Of a stretch of DNA of 64,000 bases, positions 1-8,025 are shown in pieces. The DNA lies in NCBI GenBank assembly GCA_016192825.1, contig JACPTK010000053.1:2173-66172 (forward strand), in the 5' to 3' direction. Under the pieces are notes generated by a model. That model was not told the DNA's origin. It ran no database searches and saw only the letters and a list, made by a program, of their open reading frames with translations. A program made the position numbers and the translations under genes. The stretch comes from Betaproteobacteria bacterium. GTDB lineage: Bacteria; Pseudomonadota; Gammaproteobacteria; Burkholderiales; SG8-41. Every line of letters begins with the position of its first letter. Positions within the stretch are counted from its first letter, which is position 1.

Positions 1-524
1 GGGCCGTCCAACGCAGCAATAAACTCAGCGTCCTCTGGATTTCTCTTTCCTATAGACGCTTTTGGTTTGCTGCTTCCTGCATTCTGCTTATGCTTACTGC
101 TATTGGTTGAGTTTGTTGAGTCCTGTTGAGTTTGTTGAGTGTCAACCTTCGCATTTGGGCTGCGCTTCGCGCGCCAGTACGCGCTGTGATACTCGCGCCG
201 CTCCTCCTGGCTCCGTATGGCCCGATACTTGGCATAGTTGACGATGCGCCAGCCCCATGATCGGGTATCGCTGAGCCGGACGATCCGACGCCCGCCCTCA
301 ACCGGGGTGCGGCTGTCAGGGTCCGGTTGCTCCAGCGCCTCGATTCCCGCATGAATGATCTCCAGCGGAATGGTCGTGCGCTTGGAGATGACCTCAGGTG
401 TCCTATCCACAACGCCGTGCTTGTCGGCCAAGATGAGGAATTGCTGGAACGTGACGACTGCCTGCCACGGGCCTTTTGTGGCCAGCGTCCCGTCATACAT
501 CTGCTCGAACACCTTGGCGTACAT
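1..524 (-). CDS. Phage/island replication-associated protein, N-terminal part (gene runs off the window start)
   Basis: The minus-strand frame is open from ATG 524-522 to base 1. It is absent from the ORF track because there is no stop in the window. My translation reads MYAKVFEQMYDGTLATKGPWQAVVTFQQFLILADKHG...SWGWRIVNYAKYRAIRSQEERREY, which resembles prophage replication/O-like N-termini. It has a TGATG overlap with the upstream ORF. Confidence 0.55.
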   Translation of the reverse strand, partial: MYAKVFEQMYDGTLATKGPWQAVVTFQQFLILADKHGVVDRTPEVISKRTTIPLEIIHAGIEALEQPDPDSRTPVEGGRRIVRLSDTRSWGWRIVNYAKYRAIRSQEERREYHSAYWRAKRSPNAKVDTQQTQQDSTNSTNSSKHKQNAGSSKPKASIGKRNPEDAEFIAALDG

Positions 525-766
525 CAGGCCCTCCCGCCGTCGTCGGACTCGTCGGTGCCGGGTTGATAGGGCCGGAACTTCCACAACGGACAACCAAATC
601 CCGTGCAGGAAGCGATTTCCGCCCGCAAGTAGCCCGTACAGGCCAGGCACTGTGCCTTGATCGCGCCGCGAGGGCTTGCAGAGCCGGAAAACGCTTGCCT
701 CAGCGTGTTTTGGCAGCTTGTCGGCGCATCGGCCAGAACACGGCTTACCCTTTCGGCGCGTGTCAT
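524..766 (-). CDS. Small Cys-rich (4-Cys, zinc-finger-like) phage protein
   Basis: This is the internal ATG of ORF 524..931, preceded by AGGCGG. The motif is CLACTG...CTGFGCPLWKFRPY. Its start overlaps the stop of the upstream gene (ATGA), and its stop overlaps the next gene's start (TGATG). Confidence 0.45.
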   Translation of the reverse strand: MTRAERVSRVLADAPTSCQNTLRQAFSGSASPRGAIKAQCLACTGYLRAEIASCTGFGCPLWKFRPYQPGTDESDDGGRA

Positions 767-1047
767 GCAGCCGCCTGTGCTCGGGCCGCCTGGCGTTCTG
801 CCGTCGCGTGTTTGTTGGACTCGATGTGCTCGATCACATCGACTTTTCTGTACAAAACCTGCCGGCCAAACTTGCGGAATGGGATGCCGACGCCGCGCCA
901 GGTATCCCGTTCGAGCTTTGCCATGCTGCAATTGGCTACCACTGCCACAACTGGGCGTTGGAAATAAGCTTCAGCCGGGGCCGCATAGAACTCGGCGATA
1001 AGCGCCGCAGGGTTTGCGGCATCCTCTGTTGCCTGCGTTTCTTTCAC
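763..1047 (-). CDS. Excisionase/AlpA-like helix-turn-helix protein
   Basis: GTG at 1047 is preceded by AGGAGA. The C-terminal segment GIPFRKFGRQVLYRKVDVIEHIE resembles the HTH_17/excisionase family. The longer ORF-track start lies in AT-rich non-coding-looking DNA. Confidence 0.5.
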   Translation of the reverse strand: MKETQATEDAANPAALIAEFYAAPAEAYFQRPVVAVVANCSMAKLERDTWRGVGIPFRKFGRQVLYRKVDVIEHIESNKHATAERQAARAQAAA

Positions 1048-1221
1048 TTCAGTTCTCCTGTTAAAAAGCAGATATGAAAAAATAAAAATCAATCTATTGC
1101 AGTAGCGCGGATTAAAATATAGAGCGCACACGGCGCAATCGTCACGCCGTACTGCGTCTCACTATAGAGCGGAGGGCGAGTCACAGCACAAGAAATGCTG
1201 TGACTGGATGCTGCATTACAT

Positions 1222-2034
1222 TTATTCGGGGGGGTCGAGAAGATCAGCGCTATCGGCGCAGTCTGGGAAGTGCTTCCGGAGGATATTGGCAGCCTGCTTC
1301 TTGGTGAGATGCCCCTTGCTTTCGAGCCAACAGGCAATACGGTCTGGATACCACAGGGAAGGAGTCTTGCCGCGCCCCCTGTTGGCGCGCGATTCACTGA
1401 GACCATACCTCGATGCGTTGCTCATTCGCGTCCGCCACCATTTATTGCTTTCAGGAACGCCACCGATAATGAACTCAGTCTCTATCTTGCGAGCCGTTAC
1501 GGCTTGGGGGTGCTGGCCCTGAGCATCCGTGGCACCATCTCTCCCGACCTCGGCACGCATGTAGGATGGAATAACCCAACTTTGTTGTTCGGCAAGCGCA
1601 ATCCACTTAATAAGCGACAACGAACTCTCGTTATCCTTCTCGCGCGCGATAATTCGCATGTCGTCACTCACTCGCTCGTCGAGTGTCTTGCCGGTGCCGC
1701 CAGGTATGCTATTTCTATCACCCTCGAACTTCCTCGGGTCGTGGACGTGACGAAGAATGCAGAACTCCAGTGCGGTGAGCCTTTTGAGTTTCCGCCAGTA
1801 GGCCCAATCAACGCAGCTCTCGTCCCAAAGCCTTTCGCGCTCGGGTAGCGTTGCTGGATCGTTCTGATAATCCCATTGCTCGGCGACAAGGCGCCGCTGC
1901 GCTGCGTCAAGCACATCCCAAGGCATCGGGGAGAAATCTTGGTTAACCCGATCCTGTAAATACTTCGGCAAGCCGCACAACGGCTTATCAAAGTAATCTT
2001 TCAGGGCTGCCTTCAGCGAATCGAATTTGGCCAT
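1222..2034 (-). CDS. Hypothetical protein (island cargo)
   Basis: ORF 1222..2163 trimmed to ATG 2034 (MAKFDSLK...), which is preceded by GGAGG. I recognise no domain. Confidence 0.5.
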   Translation of the reverse strand: MAKFDSLKAALKDYFDKPLCGLPKYLQDRVNQDFSPMPWDVLDAAQRRLVAEQWDYQNDPATLPERERLWDESCVDWAYWRKLKRLTALEFCILRHVHDPRKFEGDRNSIPGGTGKTLDERVSDDMRIIAREKDNESSLSLIKWIALAEQQSWVIPSYMRAEVGRDGATDAQGQHPQAVTARKIETEFIIGGVPESNKWWRTRMSNASRYGLSESRANRGRGKTPSLWYPDRIACWLESKGHLTKKQAANILRKHFPDCADSADLLDPPE

Positions 2035-2093
2035 ATCATCCTCCGTCTCAATCCCCACCCCACGCCGCCCGGTGGACGGCGCAGGCTGGGGAC

Positions 2094-2477
2094 TCAGGCA
2101 CGAACCTGCTGCGCGATCTGTCGCAGTAATCGCTTGGCGTCCTTGATGGCGATTCTCGAACATTCGTGAGGATAGCTCGGGGTGTAAATTACCAAGTCAT
2201 GTCGCCCGGACACAGACTCGACATCAACCCCCGTGTGCAAACCGAAAGCATCGCCCATCTCGGTTAGGTTCCCTCCGCGCTCGTGGGCTCTCAACATTTC
2301 GTCAGTAAGCAGCCCAGCGCGCTTGAGTGCAGATAGTGGGGCTTGGTAGCGGATTACTTGCTGCCGCGTCCCGTCTTTCATGGTGCCGTAATGAGCCCAA
2401 ACAATCCTCACGCCCGGATAGCGGGCGCGCAGCTTGTCGGCCAGGGGTTGCAATTCGTAGTGGATGTAATCAGGCAT
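2094..2477 (-). CDS. Hypothetical protein (island cargo)
   Basis: 127-aa ORF that overlaps the stop of the upstream ORF. No recognisable motif. Confidence 0.45.
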   Translation of the reverse strand: MPDYIHYELQPLADKLRARYPGVRIVWAHYGTMKDGTRQQVIRYQAPLSALKRAGLLTDEMLRAHERGGNLTEMGDAFGLHTGVDVESVSGRHDLVIYTPSYPHECSRIAIKDAKRLLRQIAQQVRA

Positions 2478-3102
2478 GGCGCGGCCCCGTCCGCGGCTGA
2501 GCGACCGCCTGCCCCTGCCCGATCTGGAGCTTGCCCATGAACCGCTGAAACTGCGGGTCCGACTCCGCTTGCAATGTCGCTTCTAGCCGCTCAAAGTTGA
2601 TCGCGTCTCGCAGCTTGACGATCCTCCCGTCTCGGATCGTCAGCAATATCTCAGCGATGTTCTCGCGTAACGACTCCAGCGCCTCGTCATCGTAGCGATA
2701 GGGGGCGTTCTCCGCATGCCAGCCCGTCAACCTATGCAGGCTGAACAGGAAAGACTTAGCCGCATTCTCGCTATCCCTGCGAAATTCCTGTGCAGTTTTT
2801 GGTTCGTACTTGCAATTCTTAGCGCGCTCGATCTTTACTCGCTCTGAGTCTGTGTAGTGGAAGCGAACGAAGCAACGGCCCGAAGCGGGTAAGGTAGTAT
2901 CGATGCGACGGCCATCAATCAATTGCGTTTTGGAGCGAACAATCTGGCCGCGTTTGTTGCGCTCCTTCGGATCAGTGAACCATGATGGTTTAGCAAGCCC
3001 GGCGGCAATGATCTGCTCTTTCTTGCCTTCAAGGTAATAGCCCCAAGAGCAGTTGATCCGGGTAACTCCTGGTGCAACAGTGATGGGGCAATCATCATTC
3101 AT
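2470..3102 (-). CDS. Hypothetical protein (island cargo)
   Basis: ORF 2470..3117. I prefer ATG 3102 (MNDDCPIT...) because it has a GAGAGG upstream. No recognisable motif. Confidence 0.45.
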   Translation of the reverse strand: MNDDCPITVAPGVTRINCSWGYYLEGKKEQIIAAGLAKPSWFTDPKERNKRGQIVRSKTQLIDGRRIDTTLPASGRCFVRFHYTDSERVKIERAKNCKYEPKTAQEFRRDSENAAKSFLFSLHRLTGWHAENAPYRYDDEALESLRENIAEILLTIRDGRIVKLRDAINFERLEATLQAESDPQFQRFMGKLQIGQGQAVAQPRTGPRHA

Positions 3103-3277
3103 GATGCGGCCTCTCATTAGCTCGACACGCCTTCACAATGCTTACCGCGTTTCGCATGAAAAATTCTTTGCCTCGGGCATCTAGGGCTCTGAAAGCCGAC
3201 AGCAGAAATTGCTCGTCATCGTTGACCTTGCGATGCTGCTTGCTAGCGGTGGTGCGCTTAGAATTAATGCCAGCCAT
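3095..3277 (-). CDS. Small hypothetical protein
   Basis: 60-aa ORF, co-directional with and overlapping the next gene. Weak evidence only. Confidence 0.3.
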   Translation of the reverse strand: MAGINSKRTTASKQHRKVNDDEQFLLSAFRALDARGKEFFMRNAVSIVKACRANERPHHE

Positions 3278-3367
3278 GATGCGATCTCCTATCAGGTTGC
3301 GTTGTGGTCAGGCGCCGCGGGCGGTGATTCGCCCGTTGCACCGCTTCCCGGCAACCGGCCGGGGCGG

Positions 3368-4606
3368 TTACTTCTTCTTGCGCTTCTTCTCTATGCTGAC
3401 GACCTTTGCCGCCGGCTGAATGCCTGCCGCACTGAGGATGAAGCTCTCCAGCTTCTCAATGGCCGGCCGCAGCCGCTCGACATCGGTCACAACGTAGTGC
3501 CGCGCCATCACGTCGCCGGCGCCGGCCTTGTGGCCCATCAGCTTTCTGGCGGCGTACACCGACACGTCCAGCGACTCCAGGAACGTGGCAAACGTGCGGC
3601 GCAGATCGTGCAGGGTGTGCGTGACCCCTGATTTCTTGGTGACCTCCTGCAGCGCGTTTCGCGGCTCGATCAGGTGCTTTCGAGCATTCAGAGAGGAGGG
3701 GAAAACATAGGGCGATCCGGCCACGGCGATGAACCGCGCGTTTAGCAGCTTCACCATATACGGCCCTAGTGGCAACGTCTTTGGCTCGTAGTTCTTGGTC
3801 TTATGAATGGTCAGGGTCTTGCCGTCCAGATCAACGCTTTCCCACTTCAGCGTCAACGCCTCGGAGCGTCGCAGGCCGAGCAACAGGAGCGTCTGCAGCA
3901 GATCGCGCACGGTCTCCCGGTCCTGGCTGACCTTGTCGTTCTTCAGTGCCAGCACCGCCTTAAACCAGTCGGGCAATTCGGTGGCCTTGATGACGTTCTG
4001 ACGGGGCAATTCACGAAACCACTGCCGCTTGTGGCCAAGGACCGTGACCGGATTGGTCGGGATGACATCCTGGCCATACTCGGCCTGACAGAAATAGAGC
4101 AGGCTACGCAGAAACCGCATGCCAGCGTTCGCCTGGGCTTGCCCGTGCTTGTGCTGGATCTCCAAGTGCCGCTTGGACACCATGCCGGGGGTGATGTCGG
4201 TTACGGCCTTGGTGCGCCACGTCGGGAAATAGACCCGCAGGTAACGGTCATAATCGTAGATGGTGCGCTCGGCCAGCCCCTGTTCGCGGGCCTTCTTGAA
4301 AGCCGTGAAGGCGTCCTCAAGCGCCGCGACGGGCAGGCCCTTCTTCCTGGGGTCAGTGCCCCGCTCCATGTCCAGTAGTAGTCCCTTGGCGTCCTCACGC
4401 GCCTTCTCGGCGGTGATCCGGGGGAAGATGCCAATCGTGTAGCGGATGGTCCGGCGATCAACCTTCGCCTCGGCAAAGAATGCCTTGGTCTTGAGGCCCA
4501 CGCGCAGCCCGAAGCCGGGGAGGTCGCTATCCCATACCAGAACCTGCCCCGACTTGGTGTAAGGCAGTCTCTCGATGGATTGCTTGGTCAGTTTCTGAGT
4601 CGGCAT
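3368..4606 (-). CDS. int: Tyrosine recombinase / phage integrase (P4-like, with an N-terminal arm-binding domain)
   Basis: 412 aa. The N-terminus LVWDSDLPGFGLRVGLKTKAFFAE is DUF4102-type. The C-terminus carries HDLRRTFATFL...GH...MARHY, the catalytic R..HxxR..Y pattern. Confidence 0.9.
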   Translation of the reverse strand: MPTQKLTKQSIERLPYTKSGQVLVWDSDLPGFGLRVGLKTKAFFAEAKVDRRTIRYTIGIFPRITAEKAREDAKGLLLDMERGTDPRKKGLPVAALEDAFTAFKKAREQGLAERTIYDYDRYLRVYFPTWRTKAVTDITPGMVSKRHLEIQHKHGQAQANAGMRFLRSLLYFCQAEYGQDVIPTNPVTVLGHKRQWFRELPRQNVIKATELPDWFKAVLALKNDKVSQDRETVRDLLQTLLLLGLRRSEALTLKWESVDLDGKTLTIHKTKNYEPKTLPLGPYMVKLLNARFIAVAGSPYVFPSSLNARKHLIEPRNALQEVTKKSGVTHTLHDLRRTFATFLESLDVSVYAARKLMGHKAGAGDVMARHYVVTDVERLRPAIEKLESFILSAAGIQPAAKVVSIEKKRKKK

Positions 4607-4800
4607 TTTGGCTACTATCGTCCCTGCCTATTACATGATGTCGGTCGGGTTAAAACCGGAATAATAGGCCAGTAGTAGGATAGCTGTTTCAAAGTCCTTC
4701 GCAACCGTTGAATGTAATTATGCCTCAGATTCCCCCTTATTCATGCGGATGTCAAGCTCTTTAGGATTTAATAGGACAGGATAAAACAGTTAAATTAGAA

Positions 4801-4845
4801 TTCGCAATGCGAAGGTCGGGAGTTCGATCCTCCTCGTCTCCACCA
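4801..4845 (+). tRNA. 3' half of a tRNA-Ala(CGC)-like gene (att-type repeat, not a complete tRNA)
   Basis: The sequence TTCGCAA-TGCGA-AGGTC-GGGAG-TTCGATC-CTCCT-CGTCTCC-A-CCA reads as anticodon loop (CGC), anticodon-stem 3' strand, variable loop, T arm, and acceptor 3' strand with U70 (Ala identity) plus CCA. No matching 5' half lies upstream; the expected stem partner and the GGGGACG acceptor strand are absent. Confidence 0.55.
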
Positions 4846-4853
4846 AATTCAAC

Positions 4854-4876
4854 AGGCCGCCGCCGGGCGGCCTTTT
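4854..4876 (+). terminator. Rho-independent terminator after the tRNA-like 3' end
   Basis: AGGCCGCC-GCCG-GGCGGCCT followed by TTTT. Confidence 0.65.
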
Positions 4877-4985
4877 GAATTTGTGGGGTCGAGGCGGTAA
4901 TTCCCGGGGAATCACGCCGGGCCTTCTGGCACAATAGCGCCGGCCGCGCCGTCGCGGCCCTTCCCCCCCACGACCCGCTACGACG

Positions 4986-5612
4986 ATGCTCAACAAGCTG
5001 ATGCCCCGCGAGGGCCGGTTTTTCGACCTGTTCAACGCCCACGCCGCGCAGATCGTCGAGGGCGGCCGCGCGCTCGCGCAGCTCTTCGCCAATTTCGACG
5101 CCTCGGCCATGCACGCGGAGCACATCGACGCGGCCGAGCGCAACGCCGACAAGATCACGCACGACACGATCACGTTGCTGCACAGGACGTTCATCACCCC
5201 GATCGACCGCGACCAGATCCATCAACTCATCACCAACATGGATGACGTCCTTGACCTTATCCAGGACACGGCCGAGTCGATCGTGCTCTACGACATCCGG
5301 CGCGTCAGCCCGGAGGCGCAGCAACTGGCGCAAATTTGCCAGATGACCTGCGATCGCGTGAAGATTGCGGTCGGGCTGCTTGCCGACCTGCGCCACCCGG
5401 AAGCGATTCTCAAGACGTGCGAGGAGATCGACCGCCTGGAGTCCGATGCGGACCGGGTGATGCGCTCCGCCATGTCGCGGCTGTTCCGCGAGGAGTCCGA
5501 CGTGAAGCAATTGATCAAGCTGCGCACGATCTACGAGCTGCTCGAGCTGATCACCGACCGCTGCGAGGACGTGGCCAATATCGTCGAAGGCATCGTGCTG
5601 GAGCACTCATAG
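4986..5612 (+). CDS. DUF47/PhoU-like protein associated with the PiT phosphate transporter
   Basis: 208 aa, N-terminus MLNKLMPREGRFFDLFNAHA. It lies directly upstream of a PiT transporter, which is the typical pairing. Confidence 0.8.
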   Translation: MLNKLMPREGRFFDLFNAHAAQIVEGGRALAQLFANFDASAMHAEHIDAAERNADKITHDTITLLHRTFITPIDRDQIHQLITNMDDVLDLIQDTAESIVLYDIRRVSPEAQQLAQICQMTCDRVKIAVGLLADLRHPEAILKTCEEIDRLESDADRVMRSAMSRLFREESDVKQLIKLRTIYELLELITDRCEDVANIVEGIVLEHS

Positions 5613-5817
5613 CCGGATGCCAGGTTTGCACCGTCCGGCACCCGGCTATTCACAAAACCGCCCGCGTTTTTCGATCTGAATGAAGTCAACCCGCGCTGCG
5701 ACCTGGAACAGGGCATGCGATCAGGAGAGGACAGAAAGTCCGGCTGCTTCCCGTGTTCGACGTTGCGGGCGGTTTTGCATAAGGAGTTTGTCGGACTAGC
5801 GTCCGGCAAAGTCCTCG

Positions 5818-6822
5818 ATGGAAGCCGTCCCGATCAGCCTGGCCGTGGTCGTCGTGCTGGTGCTTATTGCGCTTGCGTTCGACTTCATGAACGGATTTCA
5901 CGACGCGGCGAACGCGATCGCGACCGTCGTCTCGACCCGCGTGCTCAAGCCGCACCAGGCGGTAATGCTGGCCGCGTTTTTCAATTTCGCCGCGCTGTTC
6001 GTGTTCCAGCTGAAGGTCGCGACCACCGTCGGCAGGGGCATTATCGATCCGGGCGTGGTGGACCATTACGTCGTGTTCGGGGCGCTTGTCGGCGCAATCG
6101 CCTGGAACGTGATTACGTGGTACTACGGCATCCCGTCCTCCTCTTCGCACGCGCTGATCGGCGGGCTGGTCGGCGCGGCGGTCGCCAAGGCCGGCATCTG
6201 GTCGCTCATCGCGCCGGGACTGCTGAAGACCGTCGCCTTCATCGTCATTGCGCCGTTGCTGGGCTTTGCCCTGGGCGCGGCGTTCCTGCTGACCGTTTCA
6301 TGGCTGTTCGTGCGCTCCACGCCGGCGCGCACCGACAAGTGGTTCCGGCGCATGCAGCTCGTCACCTGCTCGCTCTACAGCCTTGGCCACGGCGGCAACG
6401 ACGCCCAGAAGACGGTGGGCATCATCTGGATGCTCTTGATCGCGGCGGGATTGGCCGCGCCGGATTCGGTGCCGAGATGGGTGGTCATCGCCTGCTACCT
6501 GACGATCGCGCTCGGCACCGCGTTCGGCGGCTGGCGCATCGTCAAGACCATGGGCCAGCGCATCACCAAGTTGAAGCCCTACAATGCCGTGTGCGCGGAA
6601 CTGTCCGGTTCGGCCACATTATTCGTTGCCACGGGCCTGGGCATACCGGTGTCGACCACCCACACCATCGCCGGGGCCATTACAGGCGTGGGCGCGGCGC
6701 AATCCGTGTCGGCGGTGCGTTGGGGCATCGCGGGCAATCTCGTGCTCGCGTGGGTGCTGACCATTCCGTGCTCCGCCTTCATCGCCGCGGTCGCGTGGTG
6801 GCTGGGGCTGCAGGTGTTCTGA
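5818..6822 (+). CDS. pit: Inorganic phosphate transporter, PiT family
   Basis: 334 aa and polytopic. The FDFMNGFHDAANAIATVVSTRVL motif is typical of the PHO4/PiT family. Confidence 0.9.
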   Translation: MEAVPISLAVVVVLVLIALAFDFMNGFHDAANAIATVVSTRVLKPHQAVMLAAFFNFAALFVFQLKVATTVGRGIIDPGVVDHYVVFGALVGAIAWNVITWYYGIPSSSSHALIGGLVGAAVAKAGIWSLIAPGLLKTVAFIVIAPLLGFALGAAFLLTVSWLFVRSTPARTDKWFRRMQLVTCSLYSLGHGGNDAQKTVGIIWMLLIAAGLAAPDSVPRWVVIACYLTIALGTAFGGWRIVKTMGQRITKLKPYNAVCAELSGSATLFVATGLGIPVSTTHTIAGAITGVGAAQSVSAVRWGIAGNLVLAWVLTIPCSAFIAAVAWWLGLQVF

Positions 6823-6831
6823 TCGGAGCGA

Positions 6832-8025
6832 ATGATGTCGGGTAACGCTGCTTCCGTGGACGAACATCGGGCATTGCTTGCCGAGAGCGTCGCCGATTTT
6901 ACCGCGCGCGGCACCACGATCGCGCGGGTGCGAAAGCTTCGAGGTACGCCGCAGGAATACGATCGCGCCGTGTGGAAGCAAATGGCGACGCTCGGCTGGC
7001 TCGGCATCCTGGTGCCCGAGCCCTACGGCGGGCTCGGTCTGGGATTGACCGAGATGGCGATCGTCGCCCGGGGACTCGCCCGCGCGCTGGTTCCGGAGCC
7101 GCTCACCGCCACGGCGGTGCTGGCGGCGAGCGCGCTCGCGGCGGGCGAGAACGAGGCGCTGAAGCGCAGGGAATTGCCGCGCCTCGCGGCCGGAGAGACG
7201 CTGCCCGCGCTGGCGTGGCAGGAGGCGGCGGGCGTGCTCGACCCCGCGGCGATCACCACCCGCGCCGAGCCGATTGAGGGAGGCTACAAGCTGAACGGCC
7301 TCAAGCGGTTCATTGCCGGCTCGGCGCAGGCCGACGCCTTCCTGGTCAGCGCGCGGGCCGGGGCCGGCATCGTGCTGTTGTGGCTGCCGCGGGACACGGC
7401 GGGCGCGCGGCTCGCGCTCGAGCCGCTTGCCGATGGACGCGCCTTCGGCGCGCTCGCGCTGGAAGACGCGCTGATTCCCGCGGACGGCGTCGCGGCGAGC
7501 GGTGCGGTCGCCGCCGAGGCGCTCGCCCGCGCCTTCGACCACGGCGCCGCGATCGCGGGCGCGGAGCTCGCGGGCGTGATGGACCGGGCGCTCGAGATGA
7601 GCCTCGATTACCTCAAAACGCGCGTTCAGTTCGGAAAACCGATCGGGGCCTTCCAGGCGCTGCAGCACCGCGCGGTGGACCTCTACATCCAGAAGGAGCT
7701 TGCGGGCGCGGCGCTCGGCGAAGCGCTTGCCGTGCTGGACCGTCACCCCGGCGCCGGCACGCGCGCGGCGCTCGCGAGCCGCGTGAAGGCGCGCTGCACG
7801 GACGCCGCGCTGAGAATCACGCGCGAGGCGATCCAGCTCCACGGGGCGATCGGCTTCACCGACGAGTACGACGTGGGGCTCTATCTCAAACGCGCGCTCA
7901 CGCTGGCGGCGTGGCTCGGCCAGCCGACCTGGCATCGCCGGCGCTACGCCAGCCTGACGGCCCGTGAGATGGCGGATGGCGGATGGCGGATGGCGGATGG
8001 AGTCCGCTCCGGGGGCGTGCCATGA
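6832..8025 (+). CDS. Acyl-CoA dehydrogenase family protein
   Basis: 397 aa with an ACAD-like C-terminus (QLHGAIGFTDEYDVGLYLKRA). Paired with a second ACAD gene. Confidence 0.8.
   Translation: MMSGNAASVDEHRALLAESVADFTARGTTIARVRKLRGTPQEYDRAVWKQMATLGWLGILVPEPYGGLGLGLTEMAIVARGLARALVPEPLTATAVLAASALAAGENEALKRRELPRLAAGETLPALAWQEAAGVLDPAAITTRAEPIEGGYKLNGLKRFIAGSAQADAFLVSARAGAGIVLLWLPRDTAGARLALEPLADGRAFGALALEDALIPADGVAASGAVAAEALARAFDHGAAIAGAELAGVMDRALEMSLDYLKTRVQFGKPIGAFQALQHRAVDLYIQKELAGAALGEALAVLDRHPGAGTRAALASRVKARCTDAALRITREAIQLHGAIGFTDEYDVGLYLKRALTLAAWLGQPTWHRRRYASLTAREMADGGWRMADGVRSGGVP
7968..8000. repeat. 7-bp tandem repeat (GATGGCG), about 4.7 units
   Basis: Read directly as gatggcg gatggcg gatggcg gatggcg gatgg. 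It lies inside the last ~19 codons of the first ACAD gene, 22 bp before the next gene's ATG. Confidence 0.9.

Larger units (their letters stand above)
1..4845. mobile_element. Integrative genomic island (right-hand part only), bounded on the right by a tRNA-Ala-like 3' half
   Basis: Tyrosine integrase at 3368-4606, an excisionase-like HTH, a phage replication-like ORF and unknown cargo ORFs are all on the minus strand. AT-richer stretches occur at 1050-1220 and 4610-4800. The island ends at a 45-nt tRNA 3' half with its native terminator (4801-4876). Housekeeping genes begin right after. Confidence 0.7.

Noticed and set aside
100-150. Tandem GTTGAGTTT/GTTGAGTCCT repeats near the window start
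   Set aside because: They lie inside the open replication-like reading frame and simply encode a Gln/Thr/Ser-rich linker (TQQTQQDSTNST). There is no evidence of a separate function.
50-496. 148-aa minus-strand ORF from the ORF track at the window start
   Set aside because: Its Arg/Ser-rich composition is typical of an off-frame reading. A different minus frame, open from 524 to base 1, gives a phage replication-like sequence with a coupled start.
4801-4845. 3' end of a tmRNA (ssrA) gene as the island attachment site
   Set aside because: G3:U70-compatible acceptor and CCA would fit tmRNA. However, the segment also has a canonical variable loop (AGGTC), an anticodon-stem 3' strand and a 7-nt loop with U33 and CGC. 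tmRNA lacks these, so I call it a tRNA-Ala 3' half. This remains unverified.
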